A DNA stretch of 64,000 nt from Firmicutes bacterium CAG:460 (GCA_000437355.1 FR899764.1:24884-88883), one strand, 5' to 3'; counted from the stretch's first letter, positions 36,981 to 46,252 are shown. Translations and numbers: made by a program. The notes: generated by a model not told the origin, from the sequence alone.

Positions 36981-37008
36981 AAGACTCAGCCAATTTTGAC
37001 TGAGTCTT
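36981..37008 (-). terminator. Intrinsic terminator after the endolysin gene
   Basis: 9-bp perfect arms aagactcag / ctgagtctt. A T7 run follows on the minus strand. Confidence 0.7.
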
Positions 37009-37010
37009 AA

Positions 37011-37859
37011 TTAATATTTAAATCCATACTTAACTAGCATTTTTAATGTGATAGGTCCTACACAACCGTCTTGTTCAAGTCCTGTTCTTTTTTGAAATTC
37101 TTTTATAGATTTTTGAATATTAGGTCCATAATAATTTCCTAAAGCTGCTTTTGATGTATAAGCTGGGAATGTTTTATACATGAAGTTAGCTATTTTTTCA
37201 ACATTACTACCCCTATCTCCCAATTTGATATATCCTCTAGCTCCTAGGAAGTTATCTGACGCATTAGGTTTTGTTGGTTCTGGTTTAACATCTTTTTTTT
37301 CTAATTTTGCTTTTACTTCATTTCTAAACCAATCCATATTTTTGTTGAATTTCTTTAACCAGTGATCGCAGTCTGCGTGGTTTGAACCATAGCCTTTAAG
37401 ATAAGATTCATGATGACTAACAATATTATCTACAGATATGTTATATTCCTTGCACAAATAAGCACAAAAATCTATAGCAACTCCAAAAGCATCATTGAAA
37501 TACTTTTCATCTTTCAATGCATCCTCACATATTTCAAATTGTATATGTGTGTAGTTGTAACTTCCTTTTTTACCACTTGCACACCCCCACGGCATATAAT
37601 CGAATGGTAGTGTTTGATAACATCTAACTATTCCATTTTTGTCTTTACCAATGAAAGCATTAACACAAGCGTTAACACCGCTTCTATTCCAATCATTGTT
37701 ATATTGATTTTTTCCTAAAATACCATCATCAGGTTGAACATATCTTTTTAGATATGGATTGTTAGCACCAGTTGAATGTACCACAATTCCTTTGGGCACC
37801 ATTTTTGATGCTTTCTTATAACATGAATTATTAACTAATATACATTTTTTTATTTCCAT
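37011..37859 (-). CDS. Endolysin: N-acetylmuramoyl-L-alanine amidase domain plus C-terminal peptidoglycan-binding domain
   Basis: N-terminal amidase-like region (GIVVHSTGANNP). The C-terminus KEFQKRTGLEQDGCVGPITLKML is the classic PG-binding repeat. Position is next to the holin. Confidence 0.8.
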   Translation of the reverse strand: MEIKKCILVNNSCYKKASKMVPKGIVVHSTGANNPYLKRYVQPDDGILGKNQYNNDWNRSGVNACVNAFIGKDKNGIVRCYQTLPFDYMPWGCASGKKGSYNYTHIQFEICEDALKDEKYFNDAFGVAIDFCAYLCKEYNISVDNIVSHHESYLKGYGSNHADCDHWLKKFNKNMDWFRNEVKAKLEKKDVKPEPTKPNASDNFLGARGYIKLGDRGSNVEKIANFMYKTFPAYTSKAALGNYYGPNIQKSIKEFQKRTGLEQDGCVGPITLKMLVKYGFKY

Positions 37860-37864
37860 GTTTC

Positions 37865-38116
37865 CTATTCTCCTTTCAATAAGTCATTTAAATTTTTTCC
37901 TAGGTCATATGCACCGCCAGTAAGTAAACCAGCTACTACAATAGAACCATTAAAGTCTTTAGTCATAATAAAGTTAATTACTGCTACAATAATTCCAATT
38001 AATAAATTTTGTACTGGAATTAATTTATTATTGAACTTTGGATGTTTTTTAGCAATAACACCACAAATGTAAGTAACTAATATTGTAACTAAAGTCATAA
38101 TTGTTTGAATATCCAT
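37865..38116 (-). CDS. Holin (phi LC3-like small two/three-TM holin)
   Basis: 83 aa with TM segments and a charged C-terminus, immediately upstream of the endolysin. Confidence 0.6.
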   Translation of the reverse strand: MDIQTIMTLVTILVTYICGVIAKKHPKFNNKLIPVQNLLIGIIVAVINFIMTKDFNGSIVVAGLLTGGAYDLGKNLNDLLKGE

Positions 38117-38131
38117 TTCTTCTCCTCCTTC

Positions 38132-38455
38132 CTATATTTTTTCTTTTTTCAGCAATTGTTCCCAATGCTCATGAATATAAGAATTGCCACCCAATATAGT
38201 GTATTTATCATATAATTCATGTGCGTTAAGTCTTTGAATTTGACTTTTTGGAACATTGTGCTCTACGTCTGAGATAAAATTTGTCAAATCCGTTTTAATT
38301 GATTGTAGTTCCAAATCATCAATTCTTTTTACTAACGGATTTAATGTTTTATCTATTTGTTTGCTAAACATACTAAAAATATATTTAATTGAACTTATAA
38401 AACCAACTAAAAAAGCAAGTGCAGTTGCTACTTGCCCTAACGTTATATTTTCCAT
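38132..38455 (-). CDS. Lysis-cassette membrane protein (N-terminal TM; holin-accessory candidate)
   Basis: 107 aa with a single N-terminal TM. Position is between the RBP-like genes and the holin. Confidence 0.4.
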   Translation of the reverse strand: MENITLGQVATALAFLVGFISSIKYIFSMFSKQIDKTLNPLVKRIDDLELQSIKTDLTNFISDVEHNVPKSQIQRLNAHELYDKYTILGGNSYIHEHWEQLLKKEKI

Positions 38456-38468
38456 TTCTATCCTTTCT

Positions 38469-38909
38469 TTAATTTTTTGTATAATTCAAAATTACATAAA
38501 ACCACCAATCGGCTCCCCAACCACCATTCGAATACATTTTTATTACACCTTCGCTCTTTTCTAACCAAATATCGCATTTATCAGTCAAACTTCCATCATA
38601 GCCAACCATAGGCATAGTAACTACTCTCCCAGCCTCGGAAATGACAAAAGCATTTTCAATCCATATTTGATCTACTGAATCAATTCCGTAATTCGTAGAT
38701 TGAACTGTATTAACTGACAAGCCCACTATTACTACAACTTTTCTATATAAATCTTTGTTCATCCATTTGCCAATTTTTGTTTCAGTAGTAGAATAATTAG
38801 TTATATTATTAAATTCGTTTTCTACATTAGTTTGCATTAAATTTAAGTTATCTGCATTAATAGGAATTGCTCCCGTTTCTCCTTTGTTTTTAAAATTAAG
38901 TTTTTCCAT
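38469..38909 (-). CDS. Tail fibre/receptor-binding-like protein, paralog 3
   Basis: N-terminus FKNKGETGAIPINADNLN is shared with the two upstream genes. The C-terminus is unique. Confidence 0.5.
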   Translation of the reverse strand: MEKLNFKNKGETGAIPINADNLNLMQTNVENEFNNITNYSTTETKIGKWMNKDLYRKVVVIVGLSVNTVQSTNYGIDSVDQIWIENAFVISEAGRVVTMPMVGYDGSLTDKCDIWLEKSEGVIKMYSNGGWGADWWFYVILNYTKN

Positions 38910-38930
38910 TTAAAATGGTTATTTAGTTTT

Positions 38931-39398
38931 TTATGCTATTCTTTTCCAAATTGCAAAAACTTGATATGGTTGTAAGGTATTATGTGCTTGACCAGTAGCA
39001 CTAATATTCATATTTGTTTGACCATCTTTGACACCACCTGTTCCAACAACAGATGAGGAAATAACAACATCAGTTCCACCTGAAATATTACCATAATTTA
39101 CAGGGATTTTTTTCGGTAATTCATAAACTGTTAACGTATGTGCTTTTTCTCCACCCGTTTTGCCAATTGTCTTAAAATCATTATCAGAACTATCAATACC
39201 AACAATTGCCTTACCAATACCAGTTCTTTCCCAAGTAAAGCCCAAATAATTACTATGGTCGTCATTATCATAGAAGATTTCGACTTTTCCGACAGGACAC
39301 ATCAAATTTAAAACTTCTTGAAAATTATAATTTAAGTTTTCGGCACTTAGTGGAATAGCCCCACTTTCACCTTTATTTTTAAATATTCTTAAAGCCAT
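38931..39398 (-). CDS. Tail fibre/receptor-binding-like protein, paralog 2, with a phage tail-collar-like C-terminus
   Basis: N-terminus FKNKGESGAIPLSAENLN. The C-terminus GGEKAHTLTVYELP...GQAHNTLQPYQVF matches the tail-collar pattern (G..HTLT..E.P...H.N.QPY). Confidence 0.6.
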   Translation of the reverse strand: MALRIFKNKGESGAIPLSAENLNYNFQEVLNLMCPVGKVEIFYDNDDHSNYLGFTWERTGIGKAIVGIDSSDNDFKTIGKTGGEKAHTLTVYELPKKIPVNYGNISGGTDVVISSSVVGTGGVKDGQTNMNISATGQAHNTLQPYQVFAIWKRIA

Positions 39399-39419
39399 AT
39401 AATCGGCTTTTCATTACTC

Positions 39420-39863
39420 TTATTTCCACTTACCTATTGCAAATATTGAAACTACGAATTTGGCTGAATCATGTCTGCCTATTCTACCCATTCCGATATT
39501 CTGAATACTGGAAGTGGTTATGACAGGAAAATCCCAGTCGACTCGCCAACCAGCACCTTGTTTAAACTTTAAATCAATTAGTACTTCTGGTGGCTCTTGA
39601 AAAACTTGAGGAAAACTAATCGGGGTTGCATAATTTCCAACATATACTCCACTATTGCCCCAGTTTTCTGTAACAGCTAAAGTAATAGTTACATTTTGAT
39701 ATGTAATCATAGTGCCATCGTTGAATTTAATCCATCTTCCTGTTTCATTACTGCCACTCTCACTTATGTTTCTATTGTCTAAATCGGTAAAGTTGAAATT
39801 TATATTTTCTGCAGTCAAAGGTATTGCACCAGCTTCGCCTTTATTTGAAAAAGTTTTTAGCAT
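39420..39863 (-). CDS. Tail fibre/receptor-binding-like protein, paralog 1
   Basis: Start moved to ATG 39863 (MLKTFSNKGEAGAIPLTAENIN) behind GAGGTG. The track ORF begins at an upstream TTG inside the hairpin. Confidence 0.5.
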   Translation of the reverse strand: MLKTFSNKGEAGAIPLTAENINFNFTDLDNRNISESGSNETGRWIKFNDGTMITYQNVTITLAVTENWGNSGVYVGNYATPISFPQVFQEPPEVLIDLKFKQGAGWRVDWDFPVITTSSIQNIGMGRIGRHDSAKFVVSIFAIGKWK

Positions 39864-39878
39864 AATGCACCTCGAACA

Positions 39879-39908
39879 GAAAAAGAGCAATGAATTAAGC
39901 CATTGCCC
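39879..39908 (-). terminator. Terminator/attenuator hairpin between the leader ORF and the first RBP-like gene
   Basis: Minus strand reads GGGCAAUG-gcuuaauu-CAUUGCUC followed by UUUUUC. The leader-ORF stop codon (39895-39897) lies in the loop. Confidence 0.5.
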
Positions 39909-40071
39909 CCTTTCTTCTTAGAGATGCGATTAAAACTAAATAACCGCACCTCCCTTCGCAAGGTATAAAGTACCTTTGTTTGTTTGTTTGTTTGTTTGTT
40001 TGTAAGATTATCGCATTCTTACGTATACTTGTCAATACTTTTGAACAAACATTTTTTAGTTTTTTTCTCAT
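39895..40071 (-). CDS. 58-aa leader-like ORF containing the (CAAA)7 repeat
   Basis: ATG 40071 lies 9 nt after AGGAGG. Translation is MRKKLKNVCSKVLTSIRKNAIILQTNKQTNKQRYFIPCEGRCGYLVLIASLRRKGAMA. Coding status is uncertain. Confidence 0.3.
   Translation of the reverse strand: MRKKLKNVCSKVLTSIRKNAIILQTNKQTNKQRYFIPCEGRCGYLVLIASLRRKGAMA
39975..40002. repeat. Tetranucleotide simple sequence repeat (TTTG)7, which is (CAAA)7 on the gene strand
   Basis: Seven perfect tandem units read directly from the sequence. Confidence 0.95.
40007..40035 (-). promoter_or_regulatory. Near-consensus sigma-A-type promoter firing into the SSR
   Basis: On the minus strand: TTGACA (40030-40035), a 17-nt spacer, then GATAAT (40007-40012). 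The predicted start falls at the first repeat units. Confidence 0.45.
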
Positions 40072-40087
40072 ATTTTTTATCCTCCTT

Positions 40088-42727
40088 CTATGAGATATTT
40101 TCACTCGTATAACCATATATGTATAATTGTGCCAACACACATCCTGTATCGGCATAACTATCATCTGAATTGTAGGAACTTTGTAATTTTATTGAATAAG
40201 TTCCTGTATTTTGTATTAAATTAGTTATATCAATTGAAGTCGCTTCTTTTATGCCTGATGATGCCCCAGTAAAGCCGCTACTGCCAAAACAATTTGAAAT
40301 TTCCGAATAAGATCCAGAAATAGTGAATTTTTGCATAGTCCAATCAATATCTCTATAAAAATTACCATTATTTATATAAGCTTTTATATTTTTACTATAT
40401 CCAGTAACTTTATTTCCACTTGAGTCATAGGAATTTTGAGTCGGTATATGTCTTAAATAAATAAAGGCTTTTTTGGGTTTGAAATTACTAGGTATCATAA
40501 ATTCTAAAACCATTGCATTCGCCACTGTTTTAAAATTACTATTTTGATCTACATAAGTTTCAAAGCCAAGCGGCACAAATCCCGATGAGCCAGCAAATTG
40601 TTGTCCCCAAAGATTACCATTTACTATCATTACTGACATCATGCCATCTCCGCCAACAACTTTTCCACCAGCTGGAAGATACACATTACCACTTAATGAT
40701 GCATTTTTTGCTTCAATAGAACCATCAGTAAGTATTTTAAAATATTCATTTGCTGTTACTAAGCCTTCAAATTTAATTTTATTAGCTTTAATTGCTGCCT
40801 CTTCACTAGATAAATTAATTGCTGCTATTACTTCATTTTCATCAACCTTTTTTGATACTTCTAAATTTATTCTATCTTCACTTTGTGTAATACTGTTATG
40901 CATTTCTACTTTTGTAGCAAATGTATCCGTATAATCACTTTTAATAACATATTTACAAGAATATGTTAAGTTTGCATCGTAAAATGATTGTAACCAAATT
41001 TTGTTGTACCCTTCACTTAGAGAAATTATCAAATCCTCGTATTCTTCGATTATTTCATTTTCCAGTGCAAATTTTGTTCCATCAGCATCAATTCCCACAC
41101 GCCTAATTATTTTGGTCTTACCTTCACAAACAATGAACTCATCATAGACATTTGTATCTAAATAATTTAAATAATTGATCGGCAAGTGTATCATACTTTG
41201 CTCATTACTTGAATTTTGAATAATCAAATAACTATCAAGCAGATACAAATCATTTGCAGGATATAAGTCATCTGCAGGATAAAGTAAACTCATTTGTCCA
41301 CTTATTGAAAAATTAAGCAAATCACCTTCAAAGGCATTTGTTAGTTCTAAATATCCTGTTGCAGTGATATTTCTAGTTAAATCGGTCATTGTATTAACCT
41401 TCATTATTAACTCTGTATATCCTTCTATTAAATTTGTATTTATTTTTCCCGAATTGATAAAATCTGCATTAAAATTACCATCTATTGTCCAAGCATTTTT
41501 AAAATCACCTTCATAACCATTATCAGAAAATGCAATACCTCCCAAGCCAAGACGCAAAACATACTTTGCCTCTTCTTTAGGAAGTACATCCAAAATTAAG
41601 ATTTCATTATCATCTATATAGACATGGCCCAATTTATTTAAAGTATTAATAATATCTTTTTGTTTTTTTAAAGTATCATTATTTTTTAATAACTGGTCAT
41701 TTATTTGACTAACACTTTCTTTAAATGAAGATATTTTTTGAATGATATCCTTTTTATAGTTTCCAAAAACAAGACTTTCAGTTTTTTTTAATTTATGATC
41801 ATAAACATATTCTTGAACCTCCGTCTGTAAATTAACAAGAGGATGTTTTACCATAATCTTATCATTAATATCATAGTTTTCAGAAATATTTGTAGTTATT
41901 TCATATGAAACTTTAGGATATTTGTTATTATTTAAATATTCTGTTGCTTTTTCTCTCAATTCCGATATCAAATCTTCTTGAGAAATTTCAATTTCATTTC
42001 CATCTTCATCATAATTCTCTAAATCCGAAGTAAATTCTACAGTTTTTGAATATGGAATCTTATACTTTATATCTGATTCAATATATTTTTCAGGTAATTT
42101 TAACCCATCTGGTCCAACAGGATACAATTCAGTAACTACATCACTCCAATCTTCAACAATCGATAAATCTTCTAAATTCTTTTGATAAACTAGCATTTCT
42201 CCAACATTTTTTCCTAAATTATCTGACAGAATTATGTTCCAATTATCAGCATCAAAACATCCACCCCATCTCTCTTCAATTATTACCCAAGCTTCATAAA
42301 GAGATTTCAATTGAAAATAGGCAGTTGCTAATTTAGTAATGTTAGAAGAATAAGAAAAAGGACTTTTCTTATTAGTCCTATTATTTATGTATTCTAAAGC
42401 ATTAAGAGCATTTTTATTAATTGGTCGCACATCATCTAACATATAATTTTGTGAATCAAACATAACATGGTATGCTGTAAATCGAATTGTTTTACTATTT
42501 TTAGTTGGATCTCCAATTCTAAATGCTTGAGGATTAAGTTTTGATTTTGACTTAATAACACACAAATCATCTTTTACAATATATTTTGCATATTTTATTG
42601 ATACCTCAACCTCTATGTACCAACCATTTAAGGATTTTTTCTTATATTCTTTTATTTCTACTGGCTTTATTGCAATCTTTCCATTATTAGCAAACGATTT
42701 TACATCACCGTCATATATTTTTATCAT
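40088..42727 (-). CDS. Tail-associated (Tal-like) minor structural protein / prophage tail endopeptidase family
   Basis: ~880 aa directly after Dit and TMP. The N-terminal ~350 aa look like the siphovirus Tal/minor structural N-terminal region. Start at ATG 42727 overlaps the Dit stop. Confidence 0.65.
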   Translation of the reverse strand: MIKIYDGDVKSFANNGKIAIKPVEIKEYKKKSLNGWYIEVEVSIKYAKYIVKDDLCVIKSKSKLNPQAFRIGDPTKNSKTIRFTAYHVMFDSQNYMLDDVRPINKNALNALEYINNRTNKKSPFSYSSNITKLATAYFQLKSLYEAWVIIEERWGGCFDADNWNIILSDNLGKNVGEMLVYQKNLEDLSIVEDWSDVVTELYPVGPDGLKLPEKYIESDIKYKIPYSKTVEFTSDLENYDEDGNEIEISQEDLISELREKATEYLNNNKYPKVSYEITTNISENYDINDKIMVKHPLVNLQTEVQEYVYDHKLKKTESLVFGNYKKDIIQKISSFKESVSQINDQLLKNNDTLKKQKDIINTLNKLGHVYIDDNEILILDVLPKEEAKYVLRLGLGGIAFSDNGYEGDFKNAWTIDGNFNADFINSGKINTNLIEGYTELIMKVNTMTDLTRNITATGYLELTNAFEGDLLNFSISGQMSLLYPADDLYPANDLYLLDSYLIIQNSSNEQSMIHLPINYLNYLDTNVYDEFIVCEGKTKIIRRVGIDADGTKFALENEIIEEYEDLIISLSEGYNKIWLQSFYDANLTYSCKYVIKSDYTDTFATKVEMHNSITQSEDRINLEVSKKVDENEVIAAINLSSEEAAIKANKIKFEGLVTANEYFKILTDGSIEAKNASLSGNVYLPAGGKVVGGDGMMSVMIVNGNLWGQQFAGSSGFVPLGFETYVDQNSNFKTVANAMVLEFMIPSNFKPKKAFIYLRHIPTQNSYDSSGNKVTGYSKNIKAYINNGNFYRDIDWTMQKFTISGSYSEISNCFGSSGFTGASSGIKEATSIDITNLIQNTGTYSIKLQSSYNSDDSYADTGCVLAQLYIYGYTSENIS

Positions 42728-43386
42728 TAAATCCACCTGTCCTTTTTCAGAACTTGAATTTGACAATCACCACTATTTGTTACAATTTGATTTTCCCCAG
42801 GATCAAGTTTTGGAAATTCAAATCCTATTTCTAAGTTTTCATTTCTAAAATATCCATCATAATAGGCATTACAATCTAAACAATCAACAATTACATATGA
42901 CTCATCAGTTGGAAAACTATACTTAAATCGTACGTTATTAATAGTTAAATCAACTGTATCAGAATCACCTTTTATTATTTTGATTAATGGTTGTGAAAAA
43001 ACATTACCTTCATTAGTAATTGTATTGCTACACTCTATATAACTATCAGCCTTCTTATACCAAAATGGGCTTCTTTTAAAACTAACATCAATAGTTTTTA
43101 TTGTTGCAGATCTTTGAGGTTTAATTTCATTAAAAAAATACGCAGTACTAACTTTATCTTTATACTCTAAAGTCCCTTCACCATCTAGCCATTTATAAAT
43201 ACTTGACAATTTAGAAGAATCCATAACATAAAGTTTTAAACTACTTTCTATATTTGCATAGCTGCTTACATAAAAACTACCATTAGAATTTTCTTCATAG
43301 CTTAACGCAGCTTTTGGTATTAAATTATCTTCTTCTTCACAAATTACTTTCATTTCATCTGAAGAAATATTATTAAATTTAAACAT
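42727..43386 (-). CDS. Distal tail protein (Dit; siphovirus tail component)
   Basis: 219 aa immediately downstream of the tape measure gene. N-terminus MFKFNNISSDEM is typical of phage tail family proteins. Confidence 0.65.
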   Translation of the reverse strand: MFKFNNISSDEMKVICEEEDNLIPKAALSYEENSNGSFYVSSYANIESSLKLYVMDSSKLSSIYKWLDGEGTLEYKDKVSTAYFFNEIKPQRSATIKTIDVSFKRSPFWYKKADSYIECSNTITNEGNVFSQPLIKIIKGDSDTVDLTINNVRFKYSFPTDESYVIVDCLDCNAYYDGYFRNENLEIGFEFPKLDPGENQIVTNSGDCQIQVLKKDRWI

Positions 43387-43387
43387 T

Positions 43388-45784
43388 TTAAATCACCTCA
43401 TTCAATCTATCATCAATGAACCTAATAAAACCATCTCTATCCAATTTTAATTTACAACTATTTAATGCTTTTAAAAATAATTTGAACAATTTTTCATAAT
43501 CTAAAATATTAAAATCATTGTTATTTTTGTTTAATGGAACAACTTTCGGATTTCCACCATTATTTGTTAATATTTCTGGTCCTGCTTCTCCAACGATTGC
43601 TGTACCTCTTAACAACTCCCCACCAGAAGCTAAATAAGCAATTGATTTTATAGTCGGTATATTAAATCCTTTACCTGCTAAACTACCAAGCCAGTCCCAA
43701 TCTGGAATTTTAATTTTATTTATACCTTCAATAATCTTATTTAAACCAGATATCATTAAATTAATAGCAGAAATAATCATGTTTAAAGGTGAAACAGCTA
43801 TTGAATACAATAAATCAAAAACCCCTTTAAAAATTGATTTAACACCTTCCCAAGCCATTTTCCAATCGCCAGTAAATACACCTTTAATAAAAGTAATAAT
43901 TCCTTTAAATATTTCCTTAAAAGCATTTATAAAATTTTCAATATTTGCATAGACACCATTTAGCAAATTTCCAATTAAACCAAATGTTTCTGTCCAGTCA
44001 GTAGAAAACAAATTTTTAAAAAATTCAGTAATATTATTCCAAATAGCAGATATATTATCTGCTAAATTTCTTGTCCAAGAACAAATATCATCCCAATTTT
44101 TATAAATTAAATACCCAATTCCAACAACAGCCGCAGCAACAGCTGCTATAATTAAAATAACTGGGTTAAATCCTGCGGTAAATCCAGCAACAGCTGTTTT
44201 AGCACCACTTAATAATGGACCTAAAAATTTAAATGCACTTATTAAAGATGAAATACCAGTTCCAATTTTACCTATGACTATTAATAATGGGCCCAAAGCA
44301 ATAATCAATCCAGTTACTATTAACAGTATCTTTTGTTGTGTAGGAGACAATTCACTTAATTTAGTAAGTAAAGTCTGAATTAGACTAAGTATTGATTTTA
44401 TAAAAGGAAAAACATATTGTGATAATTGAATAGCAATCCCTTCTAATTGAGATTTTATAATTGTTAATTGTCCTTTAGCATTATCAATCATTATTTCAGA
44501 CATTTTTTTTGCAGCACCATCGCAATCATTAATAGCATTTGTCAACTTTTCAAAATCTGCATCGCTTGAATTAACTATTGCTAAAAAACCAGACATTGCT
44601 GTTGTACCAGCAACTGTTTTTGCTAACGATGTTTTCTGTTGATCTGTTAATTTACTCAACTTTATTCTTGCATCATTCATAATATCGCCAAAGTCTCTCA
44701 TTTTGCCGTTTTGATCGAATATTTTTACTCCTAAACTTTCCATTTCATCTCTTGCTCCAGAAGTATTAGTTGCTAAACGCTGTAAAATACCTCTTAAAGA
44801 TGTTCCAGCTTGAGAACTTTTTACACCAGCATTTGCCATTAATCCTAAAGCAGTAGCAGTATCTTCAACACTTATATTTAATGCCCCAGCAATAGGACCA
44901 ACATATTTCATGGCTTCTCCAAGAGTTTCAACAGTCGAATTACTATTTGTAACAGTTTTAGCAAATACATCTGCATAATGAGTAGACTGATCTGCTGCAT
45001 AACCTAAAGCAGTTAAACCATCGGTTACAATATCAGATACCATAGCTAAATCTTCTCCAGATGCTGCAGCTAAATACATAATTCCTTCCAAACCATCTAA
45101 CATATCTTGTGTTTTCCATCCAGCAAGTGCCATATAATACATAGCATTAGCTGATTCTGTTGCAGTAAATTTTGTTGTTGCTCCCATGTACTCAGCTTTT
45201 TCTTTTAGTTTTTGGAAATCATCCCCAGTAGCACCCGAAATTGCCTTTACACTTGACATTGCTTCTTCAAAATCAGCTGCAGTTTTTAATCCAGCTACTC
45301 CTATACCACCAACAACTGCAGAAACTATACTAAGTTTTTTTCCGGTTGATGTTATTTTTTCTGATGAACTATTCAATTTATCTGCAAAGTCTTCAATATT
45401 GGCAGTTCCCGCTTTTATGGAATTTGCAACCTCATCACTTTGATTCTTATACCTTTCTAAAGATGTTTGAGCTTGTGTCAAGGCTATTCTCTTTTTTTCA
45501 ATAGCCTGTTCATCTCTATTTTCAGCATTTTCTAATTCTTTTAATTGTTCTTCCAAAATTGTTACTTTTTTTGTTTGAGAATCAATTGCATTACCCAAAT
45601 ATTCATATTTATCCTTTAGCTTATCCATACTCGTAGTATTTTTATCATACTGAGCTTGAGTAAGTTTAAAGTTTTCATAATTTTGTTTTAATTCATTATT
45701 AGTTGATTTTAAAGATCTAACGAAATCGGCTGTACCATCAGCCTTAAAAACCAGACCAACCCTTTTTAAATCATTACTTGCCAT
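43388..45784 (-). CDS. Tail tape measure protein
   Basis: 798 aa. Coiled-coil N-terminus, the conserved TMP core (ATTKFTATESANAMYYMALAGW...) and Gly/Ala-rich hydrophobic segments. Confidence 0.9.
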   Translation of the reverse strand: MASNDLKRVGLVFKADGTADFVRSLKSTNNELKQNYENFKLTQAQYDKNTTSMDKLKDKYEYLGNAIDSQTKKVTILEEQLKELENAENRDEQAIEKKRIALTQAQTSLERYKNQSDEVANSIKAGTANIEDFADKLNSSSEKITSTGKKLSIVSAVVGGIGVAGLKTAADFEEAMSSVKAISGATGDDFQKLKEKAEYMGATTKFTATESANAMYYMALAGWKTQDMLDGLEGIMYLAAASGEDLAMVSDIVTDGLTALGYAADQSTHYADVFAKTVTNSNSTVETLGEAMKYVGPIAGALNISVEDTATALGLMANAGVKSSQAGTSLRGILQRLATNTSGARDEMESLGVKIFDQNGKMRDFGDIMNDARIKLSKLTDQQKTSLAKTVAGTTAMSGFLAIVNSSDADFEKLTNAINDCDGAAKKMSEIMIDNAKGQLTIIKSQLEGIAIQLSQYVFPFIKSILSLIQTLLTKLSELSPTQQKILLIVTGLIIALGPLLIVIGKIGTGISSLISAFKFLGPLLSGAKTAVAGFTAGFNPVILIIAAVAAAVVGIGYLIYKNWDDICSWTRNLADNISAIWNNITEFFKNLFSTDWTETFGLIGNLLNGVYANIENFINAFKEIFKGIITFIKGVFTGDWKMAWEGVKSIFKGVFDLLYSIAVSPLNMIISAINLMISGLNKIIEGINKIKIPDWDWLGSLAGKGFNIPTIKSIAYLASGGELLRGTAIVGEAGPEILTNNGGNPKVVPLNKNNNDFNILDYEKLFKLFLKALNSCKLKLDRDGFIRFIDDRLNEVI

Positions 45785-46252
45785 AAAGTGCTTTCATTCT
45801 TTCTTCGTGTTGTTCTAATAATTCATAATAAACTTGAGGATCAAGTCTCATTACATCGTCAGGAGATAATCCCAATCTTGTTCCATTATAAATTATTTTT
45901 GGCTTATTTATTTTAAATGTTTCTTTTTGGTCTTTTTGTTCAAATAAGTTTGGTCTTTTTTTTTAAATTCGTTAAATTCGTTTTCATTTTTCTTAATAAA
46001 TTCTAAAATTTGTTTTAAAGCCTTTAAATCTATTAATTTTATAGCTTCTTCATATGTTACTTTTTTCTCATAGTTAGCATTAATTACAGCATAACAAAAG
46101 TAATTTGAAATTTTTATTTCATGTGTATGAGAACGCATATCTTTTTTCAAAGCTTTCATACCACCTGGATATTCTTCTAAATATTCGAGAACTAAAAAAC
46201 TCCATTCGAGTTTAATATTGTCTCCATTTTTTAATTTTAATATATTATTCAT
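45774..46252 (-). CDS. Tail assembly chaperone frameshift product (gpGT-like, -1 PRF)
   Basis: A9 run (T-run 45956-45964 on the plus strand). The -1 frame stays open for ~60 codons (KKRPNLFEQKDQKETFKINKPKIIYNGTRLGLSPDDVMRLDPQVYYELLEQHEERMKALYGK) and stops at 45774-45776, overlapping the TMP start. Confidence 0.6.
45908..46252 (-). CDS. Tail assembly chaperone (gpG-like)
   Basis: 114-aa ORF between the major tail and TMP genes. Contains the slippery A-run near its 3' end. Confidence 0.65.
   Translation of the reverse strand: MNNILKLKNGDNIKLEWSFLVLEYLEEYPGGMKALKKDMRSHTHEIKISNYFCYAVINANYEKKVTYEEAIKLIDLKALKQILEFIKKNENEFNEFKKKDQTYLNKKTKKKHLK

Noticed and set aside
39975-40002. CRISPR array or minisatellite
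   Set aside because: This is a 4-bp unit repeated 7 times with no spacers, so it is a simple sequence repeat. No repeat-spacer architecture or cas genes occur anywhere in the window.
39895-40164. 89-aa ORF overlapping the 3' end of the large tail gene
   Set aside because: The upstream part overlaps the tail gene in another frame. Only the 58-aa version starting at 40071, with its own SD, is plausible, and even that is uncertain.
41240-41285. Short tandem duplication inside the large tail gene (encodes LYPADDLYPANDLY)
   Set aside because: It is only two imperfect ~15-bp units in frame within a structural gene. That is ordinary local duplication, not a regulatory or hypervariable element on present evidence.
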